The position numbers and the translations under genes are program-made. From a bacterium OM1 bin76 (GTDB lineage Bacteria > Actinomycetota > Acidimicrobiia > Spongiisociales > ZC4RG35): a DNA stretch of 64,000 nt. How positions within the stretch are numbered: the first letter of the stretch is position 1; each line of letters starts with the position of its first letter. The notes beneath the pieces are model-generated. The model ran no database searches. It was not told the origin of the DNA and worked only from the letters and a program-made list of their open reading frames with translations. The stretch is taken from NCBI GenBank assembly GCA_002238785.1, contig MPNA01000011.1, positions 10,304 through 74,303 on the forward strand, in the 5' to 3' direction. Of the stretch, positions 28,317-40,060 are shown piece after piece.

Positions 28317-28364
28317 TGGTCAACCAATCGCCCCACCGTTCCCAGGCAGCGACAGTTTCTGGAG
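28268..28364. repeat. Permease 5' end plus leader, copy E2 (left direct repeat of the cassette)
   Basis: 97 nt. Differs from E3 by 3 substitutions and 3 single-base indels in a hand alignment. Confidence 0.9.
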
Positions 28365-28618
28365 ATGTTTGCTAAAGAAGTCAACTTGGATAGCCATGCA
28401 TATGACATGCATGCGTCAACGGCAGTGCACGCATCCTCTCCGAATCAGCACATTTACCATGAAGAATCTGGGAATAGTGGAGGCTCTTGGGGGAATGGTT
28501 GCAAGGTGGCTCTTCACTTTTGCCAGGCAAAGGACGGGGAAGACTCAAACGATGGGCTTCTCCGCTCGGGCCGATCGGGAGGCCGGACCCCACCAAATCA
28601 AATGCAGCGGCAAACCTG

Positions 28619-28672
28619 GCTCTAACGTACTGTTAAAAGTTAACAGTAGAATCTCTCAGCTTTGCTTATAAT
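28619..28672 (+). promoter_or_regulatory. Putative promoter/operator of the AlbA_2 gene
   Basis: GCTCTAACGTACTGTTAA is repeated after the gene. Perfect palindrome TACTGTTAA-AAG-TTAACAGTA at 28628..28648. Perfect TATAAT at 28667..28672. GGAGAGG RBS before the ATG at 28701. Confidence 0.45.
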
Positions 28673-28700
28673 CTCGACTAGGAGAGGTTGAGGATATCGT

Positions 28701-30122
28701 ATGACCACTACCGCGGTCGAGAGGGCGCTGGGCGCCGACCCGTCCAGTTGCGGTGCGCTGCTTTGTCAGGTTCCCGAGAGCCAGTGGTTCGACCGCAAGA
28801 GCCCACGGGTGACCGCTAGGGATCTGGCCATTGTCTTGGTGGGATTCGCTAACGCAGACGGGGGAGTGGTCGTGGTGGGTTTGCATGGGGGGCACGTTGA
28901 GGGAATTGACCGCTCCGGTCCTCGATGTCTGGCCGAGTGGCAGCAGGCCGCAATCGACTTTACTGTCCCGGTGGTACCGGTGGCCATGCAAGTGCTGACT
29001 TGTCGCAATGATCGGGGTGATGAGGATCATCTGCTGGCGATCCGGGTCAAGAAGTCGAATGTGGTACATGCCACAGTCGCCGACCAGGTCTATCTTCGCG
29101 TAGGCGACGAGACGAGGAAACTCCGGTTCGATCAACGGCGGGAGTTGTTGCACGACAAGGGACAGACCATCTATGAGGCGACTTCGGTCCCAGATGCTTC
29201 CGGTTCGGATCTGGATGCAGACTTGATCGAATCCTGGGTGTCTGCGGTGGGAGGGGAAGACGGCCACAGGCTCTTGGCCGCACGGGGATTGGTGAACCGT
29301 GATCGGCATTTCACGATTGCCGGGGTACTGCTGTTCGGGATGACTCCCCAGGCATGGCTACCCCAGGCTCGAGTGCGCGTCTTACGGTATCGAGGAAGAG
29401 CGAGAGGTGCCGGTCGTGACCAGCAGTTAGAGATAGATGTGCAGGTAGATGGGCCTCTGCCGCATCAAATCGAGGAAGGAGGTCGCGTGCTGGTGGAACT
29501 GGTACCCACCCGCCGAGCATTAGGTCGTGACGGGAAGTTCCAGTCCGTGCCGATCATCCCCAGCGATGTGTGGCGTGAGGGATTGGTGAATGCGGTGGTG
29601 CATCGCTCCTACAGCCTGGCTGGAGACCACATTCGGATCGAGGTGTTTGAGGACCGCATCGAAGTCCATAGCCCGGGCCGGTTTCCCGGTCTCGCCAACG
29701 GTGTCGACCCCCGTGAAGTGATGCGTTACGCTCGAAATCCCAATATCGCTCGGGTGTGTGCCGACTTGCGCTTCGGGCAGGAGTTGGGAGAGGGGATCCG
29801 TCGCATGTTCGAGCGGATGCGACAGGAGAGATTGGCTGATCCGGTATACGAGCAGGGACCGTCATCCGTTCGGCTGACCCTGTTCGCCCATACGGTGGAT
29901 CCGAATCTGGAAGACGGGTTGCCGAAGATGGCCCAGCAGATTCTCCAACTGCTTCGCGCCGAGGCGAGCCTGTCAACCGGCGATCTGGTGGCCGCCACCC
30001 GGCGTTCTCGACCTGCTGTCCTGCACAACCTCAGAACTCTGCAATCCGCGGGGATCATCAAATGGGTAGGCAGGTCACCCAGAGACCCCCACGCATACTG
30101 GACGCTGCACACCCGTTCATGA
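28701..30122 (+). CDS. AlbA_2 (Schlafen-type) / HATPase_c_4 / winged-HTH protein (COG2865-like, often mis-annotated as RecG-like)
   Basis: N-domain: ESQWFDRKSPRVTARDLAIVLVGFANADGGVVVVGL. Mid/C-domain: REGLVNAVVHRSYSLAGDHIRIEVFEDRIEVHSPGRFPG. C-terminal wHTH: ILQLLRAEASLSTGDLVAATRRSRPAVLHNLRTLQSAGII. Confidence 0.8.
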   Translation: MTTTAVERALGADPSSCGALLCQVPESQWFDRKSPRVTARDLAIVLVGFANADGGVVVVGLHGGHVEGIDRSGPRCLAEWQQAAIDFTVPVVPVAMQVLTCRNDRGDEDHLLAIRVKKSNVVHATVADQVYLRVGDETRKLRFDQRRELLHDKGQTIYEATSVPDASGSDLDADLIESWVSAVGGEDGHRLLAARGLVNRDRHFTIAGVLLFGMTPQAWLPQARVRVLRYRGRARGAGRDQQLEIDVQVDGPLPHQIEEGGRVLVELVPTRRALGRDGKFQSVPIIPSDVWREGLVNAVVHRSYSLAGDHIRIEVFEDRIEVHSPGRFPGLANGVDPREVMRYARNPNIARVCADLRFGQELGEGIRRMFERMRQERLADPVYEQGPSSVRLTLFAHTVDPNLEDGLPKMAQQILQLLRAEASLSTGDLVAATRRSRPAVLHNLRTLQSAGIIKWVGRSPRDPHAYWTLHTRS

Positions 30123-30139
30123 ACTCTCTCCCGAGTCTT

Positions 30140-30157
30140 GCTCTAACTTACTGTTAA
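30140..30157. repeat. Second copy of the 18-nt inner repeat GCTCTAAC(T)TACTGTTAA
   Basis: 17/18 identical to 28619..28636. Starts 18 nt after the stop codon. Confidence 0.8.
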
Positions 30158-30276
30158 CTTATTAGAGATAGGGGTGTGGGCCAACCACGGAAGCTGGAGC
30201 GCCTCATTCCGACGACTGAGTCGACTTGATCCGGTCGATGATGAATGGTCACCACCCGAACTCGGGTTGCGCAGTA

Positions 30277-30372
30277 CATCTTCGGGCTCGAGTCGGATGG
30301 TTGTTCGTGGTTACTGGCCGTCAATGGTCAACCAATCGCCCCACCGTTTCCCGGCAGCGACAGTTTCTGGAG
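30277..30372. repeat. Permease 5' end plus leader, copy E3 (right direct repeat of the cassette)
   Basis: 96 nt, near-identical to E2. Ends 4 nt before the res stop codon. Confidence 0.9.
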
Positions 30373-30375
30373 GCT

Positions 30376-32942
30376 CTATCCGAACAGCATCCCATTAAGC
30401 CTCTCCTGCCACTCGTCCTCATCCACAACCTCGAAGCGCATCACCTTGCTTCGCATCGCAGGCACCAACTTGGCCCAGTCGGTCTGGTGGGCGTGCTCAC
30501 TGCAAATGTCAAAGACGGACCGCTTGTACTCGGTGTCCTCGGATGCCTTCAGGTGAACGCCCTTGGTTTCGACCACGAACACTTGGTGGAAGCTGTCGTC
30601 CGTCCCGGGCTCGTCATCCTGTAGCGTCACGATGAAATCGGCGTAGATCCGGCGCGGTTTCCATCCCTGCAGGTAATAGTCTTTGCGGGCGCGGTTGCGG
30701 TACCAGAAGAAGAGCCGTGCCTGTTGGTCTAGGTAGGTAGCGACTCTGTTTTCGAACTGATTGAGATCGTCCTCCGTGGTGATGTCGAAGAGATTGCGCT
30801 GATAGGGGGTGCCGTCCTCCCGGTTCGCCTTCTTCGCTTTCGGAACGTCAATCTTCGCGGGAAGCCGGTTGAAGTTGAGATCCTCCGCCACGACCAAGAA
30901 ACGCATCGTCCCCGACTCCAGAAGAGCATGGAATTACCTCTCGCGACAGGCGTTCGCGTTCCTTCTCGATCTGCTGGCGTAGCTTTTCGAGGACAAAGAC
31001 ATGATTGGCTGCCACGCTCTCGGTGGGATAGCGATCAAGCAGAGCCTCGAAGGTAGACCGGGCCAGATCGCGTCCCCGCCACGGGTTGGGAACCAGGTCC
31101 AAGAGGTGGCTGGCCGCGAAAAAGAAATCCACCGGATCGCCGCCGTTGTCCGGGCCGGCATCGCCAGGGGCTTTGGCGTTTTCGAGTTGGCCACCTCCAT
31201 CCGGCTCTGGGACAAGCGTCTCCTCGGTCAGGTTCGTCCGCAGCAGGACATCTCCCCCTTTCCCTTCGCCCAGCGTCAAATCCCGAAGTGGCGACAGATC
31301 GATGGCGTCCCAGGGCAACCGCGAAAGAATGTCCGCCTCGTAATGGACCAGACGCCAGCCGTCCACATCCCGAATCATGAAGGCGGGTAGGACAAGATCG
31401 CGCGTAGCGACTCAATACCGCGCCCGTTGCCGGGTTGCCAGTTTGTCCGCTGGGCGGGTTGGGTCGCTATCGGACACAACCCTCCCCTCCAGATCCTGCA
31501 GACCTTCCAGCCCGAATCCCTTCCTGACCTCTTGCAACAGGTCGCGGCCCCGGCGGCTGAAGCAGAAGACGTAACTCTCGTCAAGCCAGGTGACTCCCGT
31601 CTTTCGAGCGTAGGGCTGCCGCAGGATCCGTCCCACAAGCTGGGTAATCCCTGTCTTTGACACCGGGTTGGCGAGGATGGTGAGAACGTAGGCGAACGGG
31701 CAGTCCCAACCCTCCTGGAGGGCCTGCTTGGTGATAATGAACCGAATTGGGCAGTCGCGGGACATCAGGCCGCCAACGTCGTCAACCTCCTTGAGTTCAT
31801 CCTTCGTGCTGGTCTTGACCGCAATGTACTCCTGGTTGATTCCCGGGTGCTGGAGCAGGTAATCGCGCACATTGTCGGTGTGCACAAACCCAGGTCTCCT
31901 CTGCTGCCGGCCGGTTCTCTCAACCTGGATAACGCAGATGGGCCGGATGTATGTCCCGGACTCGGCTTCGTGATGCCGCGCCTCGACCTCAAGACGTTCG
32001 CGGTGTTCTATAGATGCCAGCAGCGCGTCGCGCCAGTCGCCGCTGGCTTTGTTGAGGATGTGCAGGTCGAGCTTGATCATCTCTTCGGCGTTCAACTCCC
32101 GGCCCAGGATATTGACAAGGACGTTGGCCCCTTTGGCGGGAGTGGCCGACAGTTCGACAAATCATGCAGGGGTTGAATCCTTCAAGCGTCGCCTTCGCGT
32201 TGACACTGTACGCCTTGTGTCCCTCGTCCAAAATGATGAGCGGCCGGAGAAGCCGCACAGTGTTGCCCAGTGAGGCTTTTACATATCGGCCCCAGAAACC
32301 GGTGGTCTGCTCGAAGGTGTCCAGATTGGGGTTGTCCGCGAGCAATTCTGCATGCGCGGCAGGATCGTCGTCCAGAGGGAAGCACCGGTCGAAGCCCCCA
32401 CTGTCGCGGAATATCCGAAGTGTGTCCCTAGTCCGCCGGTTGGCGGACGGCAGCATGAGCAGAAGAATGCAGAGGTTTTCGGCTATGTCGCGCGGTCCGA
32501 ATGCCGCGGTCTTCTCAAAGATGAGGGTGCGCTGTCCAGATGCCAGATCAAGTTGCTGCCGGTACGGGTGGTCGCGGTCCTTGAGGGCCTTTAGCGTCTG
32601 GTTGTATATCTGCGTCGTAGGCACGATCCACAGCACCAGCCCGCGCCGACTCTGCCGGAAGTTTCTGTTGACGAGGTCGATCACCCGGGTGGCGAGCAGC
32701 GTCTTGCCGCCTCCGGTCGGGATCTTCAAGCAGAAGGCCGGCAGATGCTGGCCGAGTCCGTTGCGGCGTGGGTAATACGGGCGTCCGTCCACGGTCTTCT
32801 TCCACGCCCGCTGAACCCAGTCGAAACCCCAGTCGGGATCCTGGCTACGCGCCGCCCTGTCCTTTTCCCGCCACTCGGCTAGTTCTTGGAGGAAACCATG
32901 GACCGCTCCAACCGTCCGCTTCTGGTAATCCTTCAGGATCAT
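30376..32942 (-). pseudogene. Type III restriction enzyme Res subunit (SF2 helicase plus PD-(D/E)xK nuclease), inactivated
   Basis: Motifs: PTGGGKT, ILDEGH, ELSATP (only after a frame change near 32160), QEGWDCPFAY, QLVGRILRQP, C-terminal FVVETKG. In-frame TGA at 31412..31414. Second frameshift near 30935. Confidence 0.85.
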
Positions 32943-33718
32943 TGTTCCAACTTGTCGATCGCTTCGTAGATCTGGAAAGGCAACTGCTGGAAGTCGATCT
33001 TGTATCTGTGAAGGAACTCACGATCCAGAAACTTGGTGGGCGCGAAGACGAGCTTCCTTTTGGATCCGGCGGGCAGCGCGCGGGCCAGAGGGAGGGTGAG
33101 CGCAAGGTTCTTGAGCTTTTCGACATCCGGTTCGTAGAAGAGGAAGACGTCATGGGATGGGGTCCGCCCAATGAACCCGGTTTCCCGATCGGTCTCGGTC
33201 GGATCGAACTCCTGGCCCGTTGCGGTGAAAAAGATGTAGCTGGCGAGCTTTTCCCAAAGCGGCAGGTGGGAGCCGTCGAGGAGGGACTCCTGGCGCAGGG
33301 GGCGCCCCAGCTCAAAGTAGCTGAAGGCGCCGCCGAGTCCAGCTTTAAGTGCGTCGTCCTTGGCGCTGGGTACCCCCTTGATGACACGCCGGACACGCTC
33401 GGCCGTAACGGTGTCCGCGTAGTCTTCGCACTCGACGAGAATGAAGCGCCGGTTGCCGCCATCTTCCTGATTCTGCGCGAGAACGGCATGGGCGGTGGTG
33501 CCAGAACCCGCGAAGGAGTCGAGGACGATGGAGTCGGGATCGGTGGACAATAGGATGATCCGTTGGATTAGCTCAAAGGGCTTCGAAGTGAAGCTGGGAG
33601 TCTCTTCTGGGAATAGTTGAAGCAGGGTCTTTCTTGCGCCTTGTGTGTGATTCACTTCCTTATACGTCCAGATCGTTTCCGGGACCAAACCTTGCTTTAC
33701 TTCGGAAAGAAAGCGTTT
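32939..33718 (-). pseudogene. Type III Mod methyltransferase, 5'-truncated remnant
   Basis: Retains the PETIWT...F..KP region and the SAM motif DSFAGSGTTAHAV plus the C-terminal region. The N-terminal half with the DPPY-type catalytic motif is absent. The frame is closed by TAA at 33719..33721. ATGA coupling to res. Confidence 0.8.
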
Positions 33719-33774
33719 TTAAGGCAGAGGTACGGCTGGCCAGAGAGAGTCTCCAGAGGCGTGACGGTGCGTCC

Positions 33775-35649
33775 TCAGGACGTCGCGTCAGCGGCCAGGT
33801 GTTCACCGTCGACACCCACGCCGAGAGCCTCTATTCCAGCACTCTCGATTGGCCGCCCGCCCCTCGGGCCAGACTTGAGTCCCTCCGAATTCTCCCAGGT
33901 CCTGATGAGTGCGGCGAGCGGTCCGTCGCTGCCCGCCAGGTCCTCGTAGCTGCCGTCTTCCACTACTTGGCCATCTTGCATCACCAGCACCCGGTCGGCG
34001 CGCCGGGCGGTCTGGAGGCGGTGAGCCACCACGATGGAGGTGCGGTCGGCCAGAAGGGTTTCCAGAGCCGTCTCGACTTGACTCTCCGTTTCCGGATCAA
34101 GGTTGGAAGTGGCCTCGTCCAAGATGACTATCGGTGGATCCACCACCAATGCCCTGGTCAATGCCACCAATTGCCGCTCTCCCGAAGACAACCGGTTCCC
34201 CCGTTCCCGCATGGGTGTGTCGAGTCCCTCGGGGAGACTCTCCACCCACTCGGCGATCCCTGCCGCCCGGCAAGCTTCCCATAACTTGTCGTCACTGATC
34301 TCCTCCCCTCCGAAGGCAAGGTTGAAACGCAGTGAATCCTCGAACAAGAAGCCTTCCTGTGGAACCATGGCCACCGAACGGCGGAGGTTGTCGAAGCTCA
34401 GATCCCGCAGGTCGACTTCATCGATAGTGATGAAGCCGGTCTGTGGATCGTAGAAGCGGGCCAATAGCTTCACCAGGGTGCTCTTCCCCGATCCGGTGGA
34501 GCCCACCACCGCCACCCGTTGCCCGGCCCGCAGGCTCAGGTTCATGTCGGTGATCACCTGCTCCTCAGCGTCATATCCGAATGTGAGTCCCCGTACTTCG
34601 ATGTTCCCGGCGACATGGGAAGGGAGTTGCCGGGGTTCCGCCGCTTCCTCTATGGCTGGCTGCTCATCGACCAGTCCGTACAGCTTGTAAAGGGCTGCCA
34701 GGGCGCCTTGCAGCAGGTTGTAAACGTTCGCCAGTTGCACGATGGGCTCGAAGAACCAGTTGAGGTAGAGCAGAAAGGCGATCAGCGATCCCAGGGTCAA
34801 TTCCCCATCCAGGACCCGGTTTCCACCTATGAAGAGGACCATCGCCAGCCCTACGGCGCGCAGCGCGTCCATTCTGGGGAAGTAGTCGACCACTGTTTTG
34901 GCGGCGTTCATGGCCTTTTGGTAGTAGGCCTTCTCGATCTCGGAGAAACGCTCTTCCTGGCGATGTTCCTGGGCGTTGGCCTGGACCTCCCGGACGCCCG
35001 AGATGTTCTCCGAGAGGGCAGCAAGCACCTTGGCAATCTCGCCCCGCCACTCCCGGTAGGCCTTGGCCGAGTTGCGCCCGAAGCGGTAGGAAGCGAACAG
35101 AAGGAGCGGCATCAGCAGCATTACCAGACCGGCCAGCAGGGGGTCGACCACGAAAAGAGCCACCGACACTGTAACCACCATCAGCGTGCTCCCCACCACC
35201 GCCAAGGCCCCTTCCGAGGCGAACACCTGCAGAGACTCGATATCGGAGGTGAGCCGGGAGACCAGTACTCCCGTCTTCGTCCTTCCAAAGAAAGCCATGT
35301 CCAGCCTGAGCACATGGGCATAGATCCGGGTTCGAAGATCCATCATGAATCTCTCGCCCATCCAGGCCACCGTGTAGAGGGTGATCCTGGTGGATACATA
35401 TTGAGCCACCACGATCCCGGCGAACACCAGCGCCGCCATGGTGATCACGGAAGTGTCCTGGGGGATGATCCCACCGTCCACTCCTTCCCGGATGACCAAT
35501 GGCCCTGCCACCCGCGACAAGGTGGCAACCACCGCGGCCACCGCCGCTCCCAGGGCAGGCAGGGCCATGTATCGAGCCGATCCCGCAGCCCGGCGAATCA
35601 GGTTCAGCCGCTCGGGGATGGGATCGTCGGTTCCGTAGCGAGCGTACAT
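33775..35649 (-). CDS. ABC exporter, fused permease/ATPase (heterodimer partner 2)
   Basis: 6-TM domain. Walker A GSTGSGKST, signature LSSGERQ, Walker B ILDEATS. Start MYARYG overlaps the upstream stop (TAATG). Confidence 0.9.
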   Translation of the reverse strand: MYARYGTDDPIPERLNLIRRAAGSARYMALPALGAAVAAVVATLSRVAGPLVIREGVDGGIIPQDTSVITMAALVFAGIVVAQYVSTRITLYTVAWMGERFMMDLRTRIYAHVLRLDMAFFGRTKTGVLVSRLTSDIESLQVFASEGALAVVGSTLMVVTVSVALFVVDPLLAGLVMLLMPLLLFASYRFGRNSAKAYREWRGEIAKVLAALSENISGVREVQANAQEHRQEERFSEIEKAYYQKAMNAAKTVVDYFPRMDALRAVGLAMVLFIGGNRVLDGELTLGSLIAFLLYLNWFFEPIVQLANVYNLLQGALAALYKLYGLVDEQPAIEEAAEPRQLPSHVAGNIEVRGLTFGYDAEEQVITDMNLSLRAGQRVAVVGSTGSGKSTLVKLLARFYDPQTGFITIDEVDLRDLSFDNLRRSVAMVPQEGFLFEDSLRFNLAFGGEEISDDKLWEACRAAGIAEWVESLPEGLDTPMRERGNRLSSGERQLVALTRALVVDPPIVILDEATSNLDPETESQVETALETLLADRTSIVVAHRLQTARRADRVLVMQDGQVVEDGSYEDLAGSDGPLAALIRTWENSEGLKSGPRGGRPIESAGIEALGVGVDGEHLAADATS

Positions 35650-37400
35650 TAACGGTGAACCGGACTCGCCTCGGCCAGTAATTGGCGGTAGCGAGGCACG
35701 TTGTCCCACAGGTCTTGGTGCTCGCCGAACGCCAGGACCTTGCCGTCTTCCAGGACTATGATGCGGTCCGCCAACAGCAGAGTCGACGTGCGGTGTGCGA
35801 TCACGATGGTGGTTCTCTCCTGCGTGGCTTCGATCAATTCGGCGTGGATATGAGCCTCGGTGATGGCGTCCACCGCCGAGGTGGCGTCATCCAGGATGAG
35901 GATGCGTGGGTTGCTCACTATGGCCCTGGCCAAAGCCACCCGCTGGCGCTGGCCTCCCGACAGGCTCAACCCCCTCTCTCCAACAACCGTGTCATACCCC
36001 TCGGGAAGGCTTTGGACGAAGTCATGGGCATCGGCGATCCGGGCTGCGGCCACTATCTGGGAAAGTTCGGCGTCGGGGGCGCCGAAAGCGATGTTCTCGG
36101 CGACCGTGGCCGAGAAGAGGAACGGTTCTTCGAAGGCGACCGCCACCTCGCGGCGCAATTGCATGGTGTCGAGTTGCCGGACATCGGTTCCATCGATTGA
36201 TACCGTGCCCGCCGTGGGGTCGTAGAAGCGGGGAATCAGATGGGCCAGAGTGGTCTTCCCGCAACCGGTGGCGCCGAACAGAGCCACGTTGCTGCCGGCC
36301 GGTATCAGCAAATCAAGATCCCGTAGAACCTCCTGGCCGTTGTAGCCGAAGGTGACCCCGTCGAATCGGATCTCACCGCCTCGCGGCGCCAGGGGGGCAG
36401 GGCTGGCGGGCGCCCTGATGGATGGGGTGGTCTCCAGCAGTTCCACTATGCGGGCGCCGGCAGCCGAGCACCGGGGGAGTTCGGCAAAGAACCAACCGGT
36501 CATGCGGATGGGGAAGTAGAGGACCACAAGGTACTGGGTGAATGCCACCAGGTCACCGATGGTCATGTCACCGCCGGCCACCCTCAACCCACCCAGCCAC
36601 AGAGCCCCCAGAGTCACCAGGGTTGGTATCAATTCGAACCAGGGGAGATAGAGCGACCGAAAGCGCGCCAATCCCATCGACTTGGAGAAGATGTCCTCGG
36701 CAACCTGTTGCGCCCGGCGTGATTCGCGCTTTTCCCTTCCGAACGCCTTGGTAACCGCGATTCCCGAGATTCCCTCTTGCGCCAGTCTGCTCATCTCCGC
36801 CAACGACTGCTGCACCTGCAATGAGATGCCGGTTGTCTTGCGGGCGTACAAGATTGCAAAGCCCACCATCACGGGCAGGGTCAAAGCCGCCACCGCCCCC
36901 ATGACCGGATCCAGGACGAAGGCCATCCCCACCACCATGATCACGGTGATGATGTTGGCCAATGTGATGGGCAGGATCATGTACACCAGCCGGACCTGGG
37001 TGAGATCGGTGGAAGCCCGGGCCATCAGCGATCCCGCCGAGGAGTGGTCGTAGAAGTCGAACCCCAGTCTTTGGATGGTCGAGAAGATGCGGCCCCGCAG
37101 GTCTACCTCGTAACGGTAGGCGAGCTTGAAGGCGTACCACCGCCGCCATCCGATGCTCACCGCTCTCATAAGCCCGGCGAGCAAGAGGATCAACACGAGA
37201 GGAACGAGCAGGTTCCTTTGCCCCTCTTCTATGGCGTGGTCGACCACGAGTTTCTGCAGGTAGGGGTTGACAACCGTTACCGCCATCCACACCAGGGCGG
37301 CCAGGATCGAGATAACCAGCAGGCGGGGGTAGCGGAGAAACCCGGAGGCGATCAGCCGCAAACCTATTCGTAAAACCGACCAGTCTCTGCGTCTGTCCAT
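35649..37400 (-). CDS. ABC exporter, fused permease/ATPase (heterodimer partner 1)
   Basis: Walker A GATGCGKTT, signature LSGGQRQR, Walker B ILDDATS. Confidence 0.9.
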   Translation of the reverse strand: MDRRRDWSVLRIGLRLIASGFLRYPRLLVISILAALVWMAVTVVNPYLQKLVVDHAIEEGQRNLLVPLVLILLLAGLMRAVSIGWRRWYAFKLAYRYEVDLRGRIFSTIQRLGFDFYDHSSAGSLMARASTDLTQVRLVYMILPITLANIITVIMVVGMAFVLDPVMGAVAALTLPVMVGFAILYARKTTGISLQVQQSLAEMSRLAQEGISGIAVTKAFGREKRESRRAQQVAEDIFSKSMGLARFRSLYLPWFELIPTLVTLGALWLGGLRVAGGDMTIGDLVAFTQYLVVLYFPIRMTGWFFAELPRCSAAGARIVELLETTPSIRAPASPAPLAPRGGEIRFDGVTFGYNGQEVLRDLDLLIPAGSNVALFGATGCGKTTLAHLIPRFYDPTAGTVSIDGTDVRQLDTMQLRREVAVAFEEPFLFSATVAENIAFGAPDAELSQIVAAARIADAHDFVQSLPEGYDTVVGERGLSLSGGQRQRVALARAIVSNPRILILDDATSAVDAITEAHIHAELIEATQERTTIVIAHRTSTLLLADRIIVLEDGKVLAFGEHQDLWDNVPRYRQLLAEASPVHR

Positions 37401-37477
37401 CAGATGGAGGCTAATGAGCGGCGCCGGAAATGTTCAGGGGGCCAGACCGGGGCGCCGCCCACTATCCCGCCGGTTGT

Positions 37478-40060
<2,583 letters not shown>

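Larger units (their letters stand above)
23653..28364. repeat. Segmental duplication, unit B (decayed copy with CotH insertion and 3.4-kb deletion)
   Basis: Contains a truncated lipoprotein paralogue, a frameshifted VanZ, a truncated SDR and a permease 5' fragment, in the same order and orientation as unit A. Confidence 0.8.

Noticed and set aside
31412-31414. In-frame TGA in res as selenocysteine or programmed readthrough
   Set aside because: The same gene also has two frameshifts, and its partner mod is truncated. No SECIS-like context is evident, so a nonsense mutation is the simplest reading.
37418-37458. GC-rich stem (GCGGCGCCGG ... CCGGGGCGCCGC) after clpB as a terminator
   Set aside because: The stem is imperfect with a ~19-nt loop and no U-tract. 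The ABC exporter genes follow closely on the same strand, so read-through is equally likely.
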